Assembly: GCF_001194135.2 (NCBI RefSeq)
Contig: NC_068986.1
Coordinates: 70,124,742 to 70,188,497, forward strand
Reading direction: 5' to 3'
Source of the DNA: Octopus bimaculoides
Lineage: Eukaryota
DNA: 63,756 nucleotides
Shown here: positions 24,921-37,800 of the stretch, in pieces
Position numbering within the stretch: the first letter of the stretch is position 1
Layout of the letters: every line of letters begins with the position of its first letter
Position numbers and translations under genes: made by a program
Notes under the pieces: generated by a model
What the model was told of the DNA's origin: nothing
The model's database searches: none
What the model saw: the letters and a program-made list of their open reading frames with translations, nothing else

Positions 24921-26539
24921 AATACTGCTATATATTAAAGCATGGTCATTTAGTTAAAATGTAATGCTGAGTTATATACTTACTCAACGGTCAAGAATGA
25001 ACTGTAATTATCACACATAAGGCATGAATAAATATCGCGTACTTTTGCTGAGAATGCGAAGCGGAAGTTGTATCGTCCATGGCTCTGTAAAGGAATTTAA
25101 TAGTCTAAATAATATAAATGAATATGAATAATTTAACCGTGAAAAAAAATTAACTGACGTTTTTATTTACCGAGAAATTTTATTTTTGTGCTACGCTGCC
25201 ATTTAAAATAACAATAATGAAAACTACCCAAGTTTAACACGAATAAGATTCTGACCTCTATATTCACAATTTGAATTTTATGTATAATACTCTGTGATTA
25301 CACACTCCTAAAATTTCCTATCCTTCGTTTTAAACAAATTAGATACGTCACGCATTATACAGAGTCACTGAACCCGAATGAGCTTTTAAAAATTACATTG
25401 AAGTACATAATCAAGAGCTAATTTAACACATTTGTTAATTTCAACTTCACTTTTCGTCTGTCTTTCATTAAAAGCCATGCGATAAATTAAATTATGTTTG
25501 AAATTAAATCTATGCTACTGGAAATCATTTTGAATTCTAGTTTCACATTCATAAATGCACAAAACAATGCTCTGTTGTATTGGTTGCTAACAGTATTTAT
25601 ATCATTTTCCACAATGTTTATGTAGACTGAAATTCTGTAATATTTTCAAATGTTTTATGCTGAACATAAATGTGTACTTCAAAAGAACCTACCAGATTTT
25701 AAACTTTTACTTCTAAGTGTGGAGAAAGTGCACTCTGTTGTGTATTCTATTTCTGCTAGCGAAATTCAGTTCCATTTCCTCGGAATTCTATTTTGTTTCA
25801 TTATTACATTATCATCTGCAAAGCACCGACTTGCTTCAAAGCAAACTTGTGGCTAATTAGTTTTTTATTTAATACCAAAAGGAAGATGGAATATTATTAG
25901 CCAAAGATTATGTACTGATTACAACAACTAATCTTGATAAGCAATTTTGAAAAAGATACATTATAAGACTTAACTCAAACACTCAAACTTCATTCCCTGT
26001 ATACCCGAAACGATTGTAAATTAACTTATAATTTTTTACTCTTCTGAATCTATGATAAAAGGCATTTCCTTGGAGTAATTTAAAGTTGTATAAAACTCTT
26101 TCGAGTGCCACTCACATGAAAATTTGAATGGCAGTTATAAAGATTAGATTTGTTACAAGTAAATCATTGGAATAATACTACTAAGAAGCTTCGCTCTGAG
26201 CTACTTTGACTAAACATTTGATGATTTTTATACTCTGAAACACGGGAACAATAGTTTTAATATGTTCGACAAGTCTAGTGAAGTTCATTGTTACTCTTAC
26301 GTGCCAAGTTTGCTCTATTTTGTGAATTCCAGAGAGTCGACAACTCTGGGCTCCTTTATGTTGAACTCAGAAATTATATATATGAGATTAAGTATTACAA
26401 AGAAATTAGTTCTGAAAACTGAGGAGATACAGTATAGAACGAAGAAAATCAAATTGTAGTTATAAACAGCCTTTTTAAAGTCTGATAATCTATCATTACA
26501 ACTTGGGTTGGAAAACTATTCAGTCTTGTTCAGATACAT

Positions 26540-26990
26540 TCTGTACAAACACACGAGAGACTTCCAGTGCAGTATTGCTCACATATTCGGGATTGTACAG
26601 CAGTTGCACACATGAGGCCCTAGTTTGTTTTCGAATCACGGCCATTCTGTTAATTTGAAAGATTTGCTCCCACATTAGCTATAATCACTGACTCAAAGAC
26701 ATGTTGTCTTCCTTCACGCTTCAACTGATTGTTTTTACATGTCTGTGCTTCCTAGATATCTAGTTCCATAGTCTGTCCACGTAGAAATATCTGTAACATT
26801 TAGCCTCGATTTTCTGTATCTCAACTCATTTTTCTTAATCAATTCCAGTACCGCTCCATTCTACAAGTGTCTCCTGGCCTACATTTTCTCTACAGACATT
26901 GACTTACAGATGATTTAATATGAACATCAACTGTTTCAATCCCACTAGTCTAGGAGAGTATGTCAAAATTATGGACACCTCTTCTGCTCC
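26540..26990 (-). mobile_element. Possible highly decayed RTE-like LINE 3' fragment
   Basis: Only weak similarity to the RTE C-terminal layout, with many stops. Confidence 0.25.
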
Positions 26991-27427
26991 GCTGAATATG
27001 TCATAATTCAAATGCATAGGGTTCAATGAATAAGACATAATATCTAAATAATTATACCATATATTTCATGTGATTTTAGTTTAGAGAAACTTAATTATAT
27101 TCCTATCCTGAATTATATTAAAGACTACTGCTGTGAGCTATTTAAAATTTTCATTTTATTTTTAATTGCTAAGTGAGAGGAGAAAGAGTAGCTCTCTTGA
27201 TACTTTCCAGAGACTGAGATCGTTGGAAGGAGGGAGTAGCTTATTCTCAGAACAAAGACCTGATACTACTGCTTGCAATAGAGCGAACTCCACGAAAGGA
27301 ACTCAGGGCCAGTGTTGATTAAGTATATGTATATATGTACGTTTGTACGTATGTATGTATGTATGTATGTATGTATGCATGTACGCATGTAAGTGTGTGC
27401 GTATGTATACATATATGTATTTATATG

Positions 27428-27637
27428 TACGAAGTGGTGCTGAAAAGTTCTTGGTTTGGGGTAAAAGAAAATACAGGAGGACTAGTTAATAATGGTTTTA
27501 TTTAATATACTCTCCTCTCAGATTCATATATTTATTGCAGCAGTCCTTCAGTCTTTCTAAGCCCTGTCAAAGAACTCGGAAGGTTGGGCTCCCAGGCATG
27601 CCTTCCGCGACACTCTTAAAACCAGCAATCCCACGTA
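27428..27637. mobile_element. Mariner-derived MITE
   Basis: Starts TA|CGAAGTGGTGCTGAAAAGTTCTTGG (mariner-type TIR) and ends ...CCCACG|TA with a decayed right TIR. About 210 bp, non-coding. Confidence 0.7.
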
Positions 27638-27667
27638 TGTATATTTTTTAAATATACATGTATATTT

Positions 27668-27715
<48 letters not shown>

Positions 27716-27785
27716 CACACACATACATGCATACATGCATACATACACACATACATACATACATACATACATACATACATACATA

Positions 27786-28720
27786 AATGGAAGTATAATT
27801 AAAAGAAAGCAGCATTCAACTCCTTTATTTGGTGTTATAAATGTTTAATAACAGATTTATACGGCCCCACATTACTCAAGGTTTCGTGAATGCAGCACAG
27901 ATCCACATCATGAAATGTACGGAGTCGGGGTGGACAGAATTTGAAATAAATTTTGAAATGGCTTCATGAGGAGATTGGCCTAGTAATGTCAGGTTACCTA
28001 TCAGTACCTGGTGAACAAGAGAGACAGTGACGCTCTTGAAATCCGAAGGTGCGACTGCATGTGTAGGCTATGTCATGTTTCTGTGGAAGACATCACACAT
28101 GTGATTAGCAGCTGCCCTAAGATGTCGTCACGGTACTACTTCCCTATGCGGCATAAAAGAAACTTAGAAAATCTCTCTTATAGAATACATTCATAAACAC
28201 CAACTCAAGGAATACTGGTGGAATATTCCCATCAAAACTTCTGTCAAATGTAAACATAACTGGCCGGATATTGTTGTTTGGGACACAGGGGCAAAGGTAT
28301 GTACCATCATAGAAGTCAGCTACACTGCAGATATAAATAACTCTTTGAAAATCAAAGAAAAAGAGGATATCTATGGACAGCTGCTTCTTGAGCCCTGTGT
28401 GGCTAATAAAAGAAATGTATATCCAGACTATGAATTCATATTCATACCAATAATACTTGGAGCACTAGATTTTGTTAGTAAATGCTTAAAAGAATCTGGA
28501 TAAACTGGGATTTTCAGAAAGAAAAATCGACCGGTTAATTCGTACATTACAAGTGCAGTCTCTGAGTGGAACAGTAAAAATATGCAGGACTTTTCTCAAG
28601 TTTCAAATGTGAATTTGTTTGTGTTAACTACATCCCAAAGATGGAGCCTTGTATCTTTGTTGAAAACTGATTCCCTCCTCAGTTGAAGATTTGTAATAAT
28701 TAAAAAATAGAAGAGAGATA
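27786..28720 (+). mobile_element. 5'-truncated RLE-type LINE (second R4-like family) flanked by (TACA)n on both sides
   Basis: YLVNKR...MCRLCHVSVEDITHVISSCPKMSSRYYFPMRH (zinc knuckle); KEYWWNI..KTSVKCKHNWPDIVVWD..CTIIEVS (RLE); FIPIILGALD; LQVQSLSGTVKICRTFLKFQM*. Confidence 0.85.
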
Positions 28721-28789
28721 AATACATACATACATACATACATACATACATACATACATACATGCATACATAAAGAGTATTCGTAGAAT

Positions 28790-28975
28790 TGTCTCAAGGG
28801 ATAGAATACCTCTCGCTATTTATTCCGACGCTTTGCATTTTGGGTTTTAATCCCGCCGAGATCAGCTTTGCATTTCGTCCTTTTTGTGTCGATAAAAAGT
28901 ACGAATCAAGAGTGATGGATTGACTGAACTGTAATAACTTTGGGCTAGATGCTTTGTTGTATTTTGTGCTGGTTC
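28790..28975 (+). mobile_element. Nin/Deu-domain SINE, diverged
   Basis: GGGTTTTAATCCCGCCGAGATCAGCTTTGCATTTCGTCCTTTTTGTGTCGATAAAAAGTAC. Confidence 0.65.
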
Positions 28976-29340
28976 TTTGCGTTGGGAGTTGAAATCCTGC
29001 CATGGCTTACTTGAATGGTAGTCTAAAACTGTTACCCGGTTCATCCTTTAGTGTCCCCTTCGTTTAAAATATCCGTTCCAGGACTCCAGCATGATAAGAC
29101 CTTTGTCACTCACAGCGACTAGTCTCAGAGGCCCTGCTTAACGTCATGGTTAGTGCCTTCTCTCCTCACTGAAAGAGTACATACATTAATATACTCACAT
29201 ATTCAAGTGTAATATTATGTAGCATTAAGATTTACAACATATACTTAAACAATTGCGCATAACTATAGATACACTTATTTGCTAATAGACACACGCATTT
29301 TTAATACTGAATTTCATCTAAAAATATGAGCTAAATCAAT

Positions 29341-29450
29341 CATGGGGGAAACTGCGGCTCGCGGGACGATGAGGCTTTCTGAATGGCACACCTAACGAAA
29401 AATTACCTTGAATTTCTAAGCACCGCGGCCCGCTTGATGATAAGCAGCGC
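29341..29450. mobile_element. Possible hAT/Charlie-type MITE remnant
   Basis: GGGGAAACTGCGGCTCGCGGG and GCGGCCCGC resemble hAT subterminal motifs. Confidence 0.3.
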
Positions 29451-31019
29451 CTCATGCAACCCACTTCTCTAAAAAAATGGTTTTCTTTGCCTGATTTAAA
29501 GTATACTTCTAAATACTATCATCACAATCATCTCAAATTATTATACACTCTGTAGTTCTTTTCGAAAACATTTCCTCTTTATTTGTATGTTATATATTTT
29601 CTTGTATTTCAATATAAGAGAAAGGCAAAGCCATAGACATTAATTTCCAGAAATAAGCGTCATGACCTTTACGATTCTGAAACATTCTACATTAACACCA
29701 AAGAAAAACTATTCGAAGTTCCAGTGAATAAGATTAAATTGTATGCTTATTGCTTGCTGAAAATTAATTCTCTCATGTTTCTTCTTTCCTTGGAAACTTT
29801 TATTTCATTTAAGAATGTAAATATTTAAATAATAATCTTACTATATATCTTTCCTGAAGCTAAGCTTATTGACTTGAAATCCAATAATTTATGAATATAT
29901 ATTTTTATCTAAATATCATGGGGTTTATCTAATTTATAGTTATCAAATTGAAATATCAACACTTCTGTTCGTCATTAATAAACGTAGGCTATATATACTG
30001 ACATACTGATCTTGCTTCTTCCTCACAATATTCAATTTCAAAAATAGATATATGCCAATATAGAATAAAGTTACTCGCCAAAATGTAGCCGTATTTAACT
30101 TGAATTATGACATTTTAAATATCCGAGATGTTATGTTTAAGCATTGAATATCATATCAATTTTATTCAAGGAAGTGAGTGGTAATGAATCGTAAACAATT
30201 CGGTACTGAATCTTCATTGCATATAAGAAATCGTTTATTTCTGCATTCTAAATTAAAATATCTCCTTTCTATTGTCCTCATATAACCTTTATTTTATTTC
30301 TGGATCGAAGTGGGAAAACAATGTCGGATCTTAAGAGTAAATGATATTAATGCACTTAAAATAATTGAAGATTTGGAGGGAATATAGGATTGCTGGATTG
30401 TCGACATCTTTAGAAAACTGTTATCGTATAAGTAAATGAGGAAAAGAGAAGAAACAAAAAGAGTAACGGCAAAGAGTTAAATGTTTTCATTAAAGGTTAA
30501 TCTTTTATACAAATTTTTTACATAACGCTTTTGTAGGCATCCTTACACTAATACGAGAACAACAATTCAAGAAGAGTGTTTAGGCTTTTTTGAAAAATTT
30601 AAAATTTCGTACCTTGTATTCAAATGTCCGTTTCGATATGATATACTGAACTCTATTAAGATTCTGCAAACCTCCTCCGTAAAAGACAGCATAATGGATT
30701 AACAAATATATAAATGTGAAGGAGATACTCCTCATCCGTGGATATTTTATGTAATCAAACGTGACGGTCATGCATTGTGAACAATTTATGGGATGGAATT
30801 TATAAGTAGGAATTTATTATTGTAAGCGTATTCGATTATAATAGTAGACGTACTATGGCATTTGTAAAGTTTAGCTATAGGACACTGGGAAATGTTGTTC
30901 CTATAAAAAGGAGAACATATTGACTTTCTCGGCTGATTGCGTCTAGGCATAGTGAATTATATAAATAAGTTACGATTATTTATTTATTTATTTATTTATT
31001 ATTTTAACAACATCAACAT

Positions 31020-31184
31020 ACAGGCGCTGGCGTGGCTGTGAGGTAAGAAACTTGCTTCCCAACTACATGGTTCCGGATTTAGTCCCACTACGTGGCACCT
31101 ACGGTAAGTGTCTTCTACTATAGCCTCGGGCCGACCAAATCCTTGTGAGTGGATTTGGTAGACGAAAACTGAAAAAAGCCCCTC

Positions 31185-31260
<76 letters not shown>

Positions 31261-31415
31261 ACCATCGCCTGACAACCGATGCTGGTGTGTTTATGTCCCC
31301 GTAACTTAGCGTTTCGGCAAGAGACCGATAAAATAAGTACTAGGCTTACAAAGAATAAGTACTGGGGCTGATTTGGCTGCAGTCATATGACTGAAACTAG
31401 TAACAGAATAAAAGA
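31020..31415 (+). mobile_element. Bipartite CORE-type tRNA-SINE: head, internal (TA)(TG)n, 3' module
   Basis: CAGGCGCTGGCGTGGCTGTGAGGTAAGAAACTTGCTTCCC...GGATTTAGTCCCA head; CORE-like AAGTGTCTTCTACTATAGCCTCGGG; tail CCACCATCGCCTGACAACCGATGCTGG...AATAAAAGAAT. Confidence 0.85.
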
Positions 31416-34400
31416 ATACTATGTTAAATAGTTGATGAATAACGACCTCTATAATTGTTAAGAACACTAAAGATCCTGATAAATAGTTTATGAAGTCACA
31501 TCTCTCAGAAATAAATTTGGTTGTGATCTTTTTCCGAATGACTTTTTTTCTTATAAGAAGCTTTTACAAGGAAAACTTTTGAACCTGATGATACAAGACA
31601 GAAGCCAATTTACATAAAGTATATATTCTTCACTGCAATACGTTATTAAAATTGCCTGTTCATCAGTGATAAGCAGCTCTCCAATGAAAGTATAGATAAG
31701 AAAATAAGCCCATAATATTTGAGAGATATAACACGAAATATAAGTTTACCGACCGGACACTTTCGAATATTCAAGTAATAGACTTAGGCATGACCTGGAG
31801 GTTAAGGAATTTTGAGTTTGATCTTACGGTGCAATATCTTCAGCAAGTCTATTAACCCAAGCCTCGCAAACGAAATTTCACAAATATAAAATGTGTGGAT
31901 CATATTTGTAATGCGAAGGTTCAGCCTGATTACATATTGAATCACGAGCTGCTCCAGCCTGAGAATTGCGTTAAGGGTATATGTCTGTAGTATACTCAAT
32001 CACTTGCACATTCACTTAACGTCATGAGAATCAACGGAGCATTCACCATTATTCAGTAAATACATTTTTCTCTTTATTGTAGTACATGTAAGAAAAATAA
32101 ATTTTGTAGAGCAATACTTCCATACTTTTGAGATTTTTACTAATTTAATTCTTCTCATTTTTTCCTAATGATTTTCGCACTGTAATAAATAGCAACAACG
32201 TAATTTTCTAGATCTTAAGATCATCATAAGTCATCCATAATTTTCTCTTTAACTATATTTGTGTTCTTCAAAGATGAATAGAGCCAATATTTTGCAATAT
32301 ACTTTGATGGATCAGTATGATTTCTAGTTTCTTTGCAAATTAATTTACTTGTTTTTGGAAGGATAGTTGAGTTGCGAAAAAGTAATTGTCGTGCAAGTTA
32401 CATGCTTGAATTTCATAGGCAAACATTGAAAAGCTAACAAAATATTCTGTGCAAGCTGCTTTACAAGAAAGATTACGAGTTGCCAGAGAGTTAAAGTGTC
32501 ACCTAACTTCAAGGACGTACAAGGATGGGAGGATAGTCCAAGTCATTAATAGTTGTAACATCAATTACTTTGCGGTTCTTTCACGATACTGAAAGGTGAT
32601 CAGAACAGTGTTGAGCAGATTATAAAAAAACTGGCCAGATTTGATAAGACCAAAACATGTCTGTAAAGAACGATCAGATTTCCAATAAGCCTCTAAATTA
32701 TTTAGGAAAATTAATTCTCTATTCCTTGAAAGCATTGCTCTTCGTTTTAAAAGTTGTTAACAGTTATCATAGGGTTTTTGTTTTCTTTCTCTATCTAATA
32801 AGAAAAATATCCAAGGGAGAAATAATAGCAGCAACCACTACAGTGTGACTGCCGATAGATTGAAAGATTTAATTACGTATAGAGGGATTCATTTTTCCAC
32901 AGAAAATGTTCGAATATTTATAGTTATTGGGAAAATACTAACATTGTTTATCTATCCTATGGACACTGACGTCAGATATTGTTTTGGCTATGGACTCTGC
33001 AATCGATTTTGTTTGGCCGAAGTGAGAAAAGAAAAATTGCAAATAAGAATATGCACTCTCACTATACTAGTACGGTAGAATGGAAGGCCAACTAACCATA
33101 CAAAAATGGAAATATTTCTGTTCAAGTTTACAATGTCCAGATACAAGATAACCTAAGGTTTGTAGTTAGGTTGTCATCACAAGAAGTAAATGTAGATATG
33201 AACCTCCATGACAGCTGTAGTAAGTACTATTCGGCGCTGATCTGCCAATCTAAGTGATAGTTTGTTTAAAAGGATTAGATGTTGTAGCCACTATCAACTT
33301 GATAAGCCAAAGAGAATTAACACATTATGAAAGATAAGCTCAAATAACATGTTTGGTGCCAATGGGTCTACAAAATCGAAAGTAGATTACTAAATGCTAA
33401 GTAAATCAATTTATGATGTGTGTGGCCACCTAGTGTGATAATTTCAACCAAGTTCAAATAACAGTTGCCTGCGACATTTAAAATAGAATTACTGATACAT
33501 AAAAACATTTTAAAGTTATAGGCACATAATATTGTTGAAACACGACAGTATATTATTTCAAGAAAACTTTTCGCATGGCTGTTTGCCCACGCAGGCCAGT
33601 ACTAGTTTCCTCGTATTCTGCTGCTTTTTGTATATTGTTTACACTGCACAATTTATAGTTTCTATTTTTAAGTTACGTATTTTTTTAAATTACTTTTATT
33701 GTGTATTTTTATAGCGACTTAAAGATTTCTTCTTTTATATACCGAAACTAGTTATTTAAGTAGCCTTCATGCTTTCTTGAAAAATCCTATAATGTGGCAT
33801 GTATTCATTTGTTATTGTAGATCATTTTACTGAAGTGATGTCAAGAGGCGTCTTCATAGACGGTATTATACATTTTCCTGTAATATTATATGTCAATGCT
33901 AGTCCTTTACAAGTAACCTCATATTAATTCGTAATGGAAGTTTTTCTAATTATGTGAATATTGCGCAATTATTTTATCAGGTTTATGTAATCTATCGTTT
34001 TATGGCTTTCTAATAGGTTGCTTTTGATTTACCATCTTTTTAATCTCAATAAGAGTTGCTTGAACAACTATTATGCTTTTAAATCTGTTATATATCGGTG
34101 GATTGTGATAAACTATAGGTTTTTTAAATAGTATTTTTTTTTTATAAATTCAACTTACACAAAATTTCGTAACAACGTCAACCCTTACGTTTAAAGACAT
34201 TAACAGTACACTTTCATTTCGAGCCATTTGCCATATATATATTATACACTGCTAATTTTATATTCTCTTTCAACAATTAACTTTGCATATAATCCAATTC
34301 TTTGTAATAGAACCTTATTCATTCAATCGTAATAAAATCTTGTTTTCCAACACTATTTAACGAAGTCGTACATATTAATAAATGAATATAGGAACAGTTG

Positions 34401-36409
34401 GCCGACGGCATTCAACGATAGAAAAATAAACAAAAAATCATCTAGGCATTTAGTTTTTAATAATACATGGTAAATTGATCCAATTTTAGTTATTTGTTTT
34501 AAGCAAACTCGATAAGTTCTATTTCACGAATTTTCATTCCTTCTTCTGGTTTTCTATTTTATGTAAAATTACTTCGCTCGTGATTTAGACGAAAATTACT
34601 TTAATGAGTATTATTTTGCTGCATACTTTTGAAGATAAAATTTATATTTTGTCCTGCCAATAAGCAAATGGCATCGAATTAAAAACATATCATCAATTAA
34701 TGTTATGCCACTGTTATATATATATATTTCCTTCTTTCTCACTCTTTCTCCCTCCTCATCTGTATGTGTGCGTGAGAGTGTGTGTGCTTGTAGTATATGT
34801 ATATATTAGGATTTATAGGACATTCAATGAAAGTAACAAAATCAATGTAGAGAATACATTGGTGCGTGTTCAGTTTCTTTTACCATTACCATATTGAGCT
34901 ATGAGAGCTATGATAGTTCAAACAATGTATTCCTATTTGTTAAATAGAAACATGGTCCTTGGAAAGATTAAACATAAGCAGTAACAGTCACAGTTCTTTT
35001 GAATTTTGTGGGCTATTTTTCGTTTTTAGTTGCCTCATAGGCGTTTGTAAAGCATGGATCAGATATAAGATTCTGTGTAGACTTTCTGTATAATGGTTTC
35101 TTTTGAATGCCTACAAAACTGTATATTGCAAGAGGTATTAGGGGGTCTTCGTGAAGTGAAATTATTGTAAATGGAAATTGAGATTACAAAGATGTTTCAG
35201 CTCACTGTAGTAAATAGCCCTACGGCTCAACGGCTCTCATCATCATAAATTATTATATTGTGATATATATATATATATATATATATATNNNNNNNNNNTT
35301 GTGATATATATATATATATATATATATCCTTAAACTGTTTACCATCGTATGCATCTATTAATCGATATGCTGTGTTGGAATAGCATCCACTTCATTACTG
35401 ACACTTAATTAATATCCGATACGAAATATAAAAATAAAAACAGGTTCAAGGCTGAGCTTGTTGTTTACGTTAGAAAATATGTCTCATCATAGCAGTCGCA
35501 GGATCGATCGATCGAAAGTAGTTCACACAAAAGATACTTATTACAAAATTGCTCTGTCAGCATGCATTCATTTGTTTATCTTCTATACATCATCTGTTCA
35601 ATGGCTTCCTCTGTTCATAAATAGACTCAACTGGATCGAGTTAAAATAAATCATTCTAAACATGAAATTCTGAAAATAGATGGAATAGAAAAATAAAGGA
35701 AAAAAAAGGAATAGCAAAATCCATTTGCAGTGAGTGAATTGTATAGAAAACAGAGTTATTATTTTCAATGTAATTGTCTATTTTTGACTTGCATGCAAGT
35801 ATTTTGATTGAGAACGGTGCTGACCCGCAGGAATATGAGTATGTCAGTGTGTCTGTGTACGTGTGTTTGTGTACTATATATATGTGTGTGTGTGTGTGGA
35901 GAGAGAGAGAGTGAGAGAGAGAAAGAGAGGGACGTGCGCGTACATGCACGTACACACATTATGTTTGTGGGGAATCGACATTGAAAATTGACTGTCTTCA
36001 ATACGTATTATTTCTACCTTCAAAGAAGAAATATTTTGTAATTATTTATTGTTATTGGAAGTAACGAACAACGTTGTTGCTAATATAAGAGGAGAATGAA
36101 AATTTGCTTTTATTATTAATTTTCCAATATTACCTTCGGAAATAGACATCCAATCAAACTTATTATTTTCTTTGTAATATCTCCATACTTATGGACGACA
36201 TCTTGAAACTTTTGTTAAATCAACTATGTTTTTAGTCTCACGTGCTCGTTGTTATATTAGGTTATTTTTGGACTCGCGACATGATTCCCGATTTTGAAAC
36301 TTTCCAATGTAGTTTCGTTTCTTCATAAAGCGACCTGTTTTTGGTAGCAATTAAGTATTGTGTATGAATGTTGTTTCCGACTTCTGGTTTTTTTAATCTT
36401 TTATTTGTT

Positions 36410-36762
36410 TCAGTCACTAGGTTGCAGCAATGCTGGGGCACCACCTTGAAGAAGTTTTGGTCGAATGAATCGACCTCAGTACTTATTTTATTTTTTTAAA
36501 CCTGGTACTTATTCTATCGCCTTCTCTTGCCGAACCGCTAGATTAAGGGGATGTAAACACACTAACACCAGCTGTCAAGTGATAATGGGAGCGAACACAG
36601 GCGCAAAGACGGACTTCTTTCAGTTTCCGTCTACGAAATCCACTTGCATGGCTTTGGCCGGCCCGTGACTATAGTAGAAGACACTTGCCCATGATGCCAT
36701 ACAATGGGACTGAACCCGGAACCGTGTAGTTGTGAAGCAAGTTTCTCACCACACAGCCACAA
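36410..36762 (-). mobile_element. Bipartite CORE-type SINE (internal microsatellite absent)
   Basis: Reverse complement of tail (36410-36610) and head (36615-36762). Confidence 0.8.
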
Positions 36763-37604
36763 ATTTTATGCCATAATATACCAAAGATTCTCTAAATGAA
36801 CAAATGAAGTAACGAACTATTTCATCAAGAAAATTAAACTCGCATAAAGAGCTGAAATTTGATCAACAAACCACGAGCAGAATATCCAAGCGTATATGTG
36901 ACTGGAAGCCCATTCACTTAACGATCTGAAATTTGAACAACTAATCACGAGTACCAGTGCTAGAAGAGCATATCCGAATGGTACGCTAAATGAACAAAGT
37001 ACACAACGAACAGCTTTCTGAATAGTGTCACTGCAGCCAACAAGCTGAAATTTCAGCAAACCACAAGTATACCATGCAAGCATATAAGTGTTGAGAGAGC
37101 GTGTACAAACGGTTCGTTAACGTCCATGTACACATTTTATGTAGCTTACAAATTTTCATATTTCATACTGAAAATAATATTTCTCATATTTTCGGCTAGA
37201 AGCATAACTATAGATCAAACGTGCGCGCATTCACAGAAACACATACACGTACACACACAAACCCACACACACATAAATACACACACACACACACGTATAT
37301 ATTTGTGTATTTGAAGTTGATAGGTGGACAAACAAAACACCATTTCATACTGTTTTGTGCAGTTTAGGTGCGGCTTGGAACAGACTACCCCGATTCATAT
37401 GTATTTCAATTACTCATGTAACGAACAATTTTGTCAACCAACAGAGCCCCAGAACGGATTGCGTTCATATATAGGAACATCACTGGATTTAATATTTTTA
37501 TTCTGTTGGTTCTTTTGTACTATAACATAAGATGATTAGAAAAGCTTAGTCTGTGTATAATAAATTAAAAGTATATCCTACGTATCTTGAACTTTCAAAA
37601 TAAT

Positions 37605-37800
37605 TTGAAAGGTTTATGGTCAAGCTTCTGGCAGTGGAGACCTCTGGCGTTCTTGGCCCCTGGGTAGAGATTGCTGTCCGCAAGTGCAAGCCCCGGGAGA
37701 CAGAGTGACTGTTCCAGCGCATCTCCCTCGCCATCTTCCGGGGCAACGTCTTTTCCATTTTGTCAGCTGGGACCACGAGGCAGTCTGAATTACAAGAAAT
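37605..37800 (+). mobile_element. CRE-clade-like RLE LINE, extreme C-terminal fragment
   Basis: LLAVETSGVLGPWVE...KPRETE*LFQRISLAIFRGNVFSILSAG matches the ETxGxxG...QRISxAIxRGNAxSI terminus of CRE-type elements. Confidence 0.75.

Noticed and set aside
33532-33714. Hydrophobic, GPI-signal-like terminal exon
   Set aside because: Hydrophobicity is explained by T-rich composition, and there are no supporting upstream exons.
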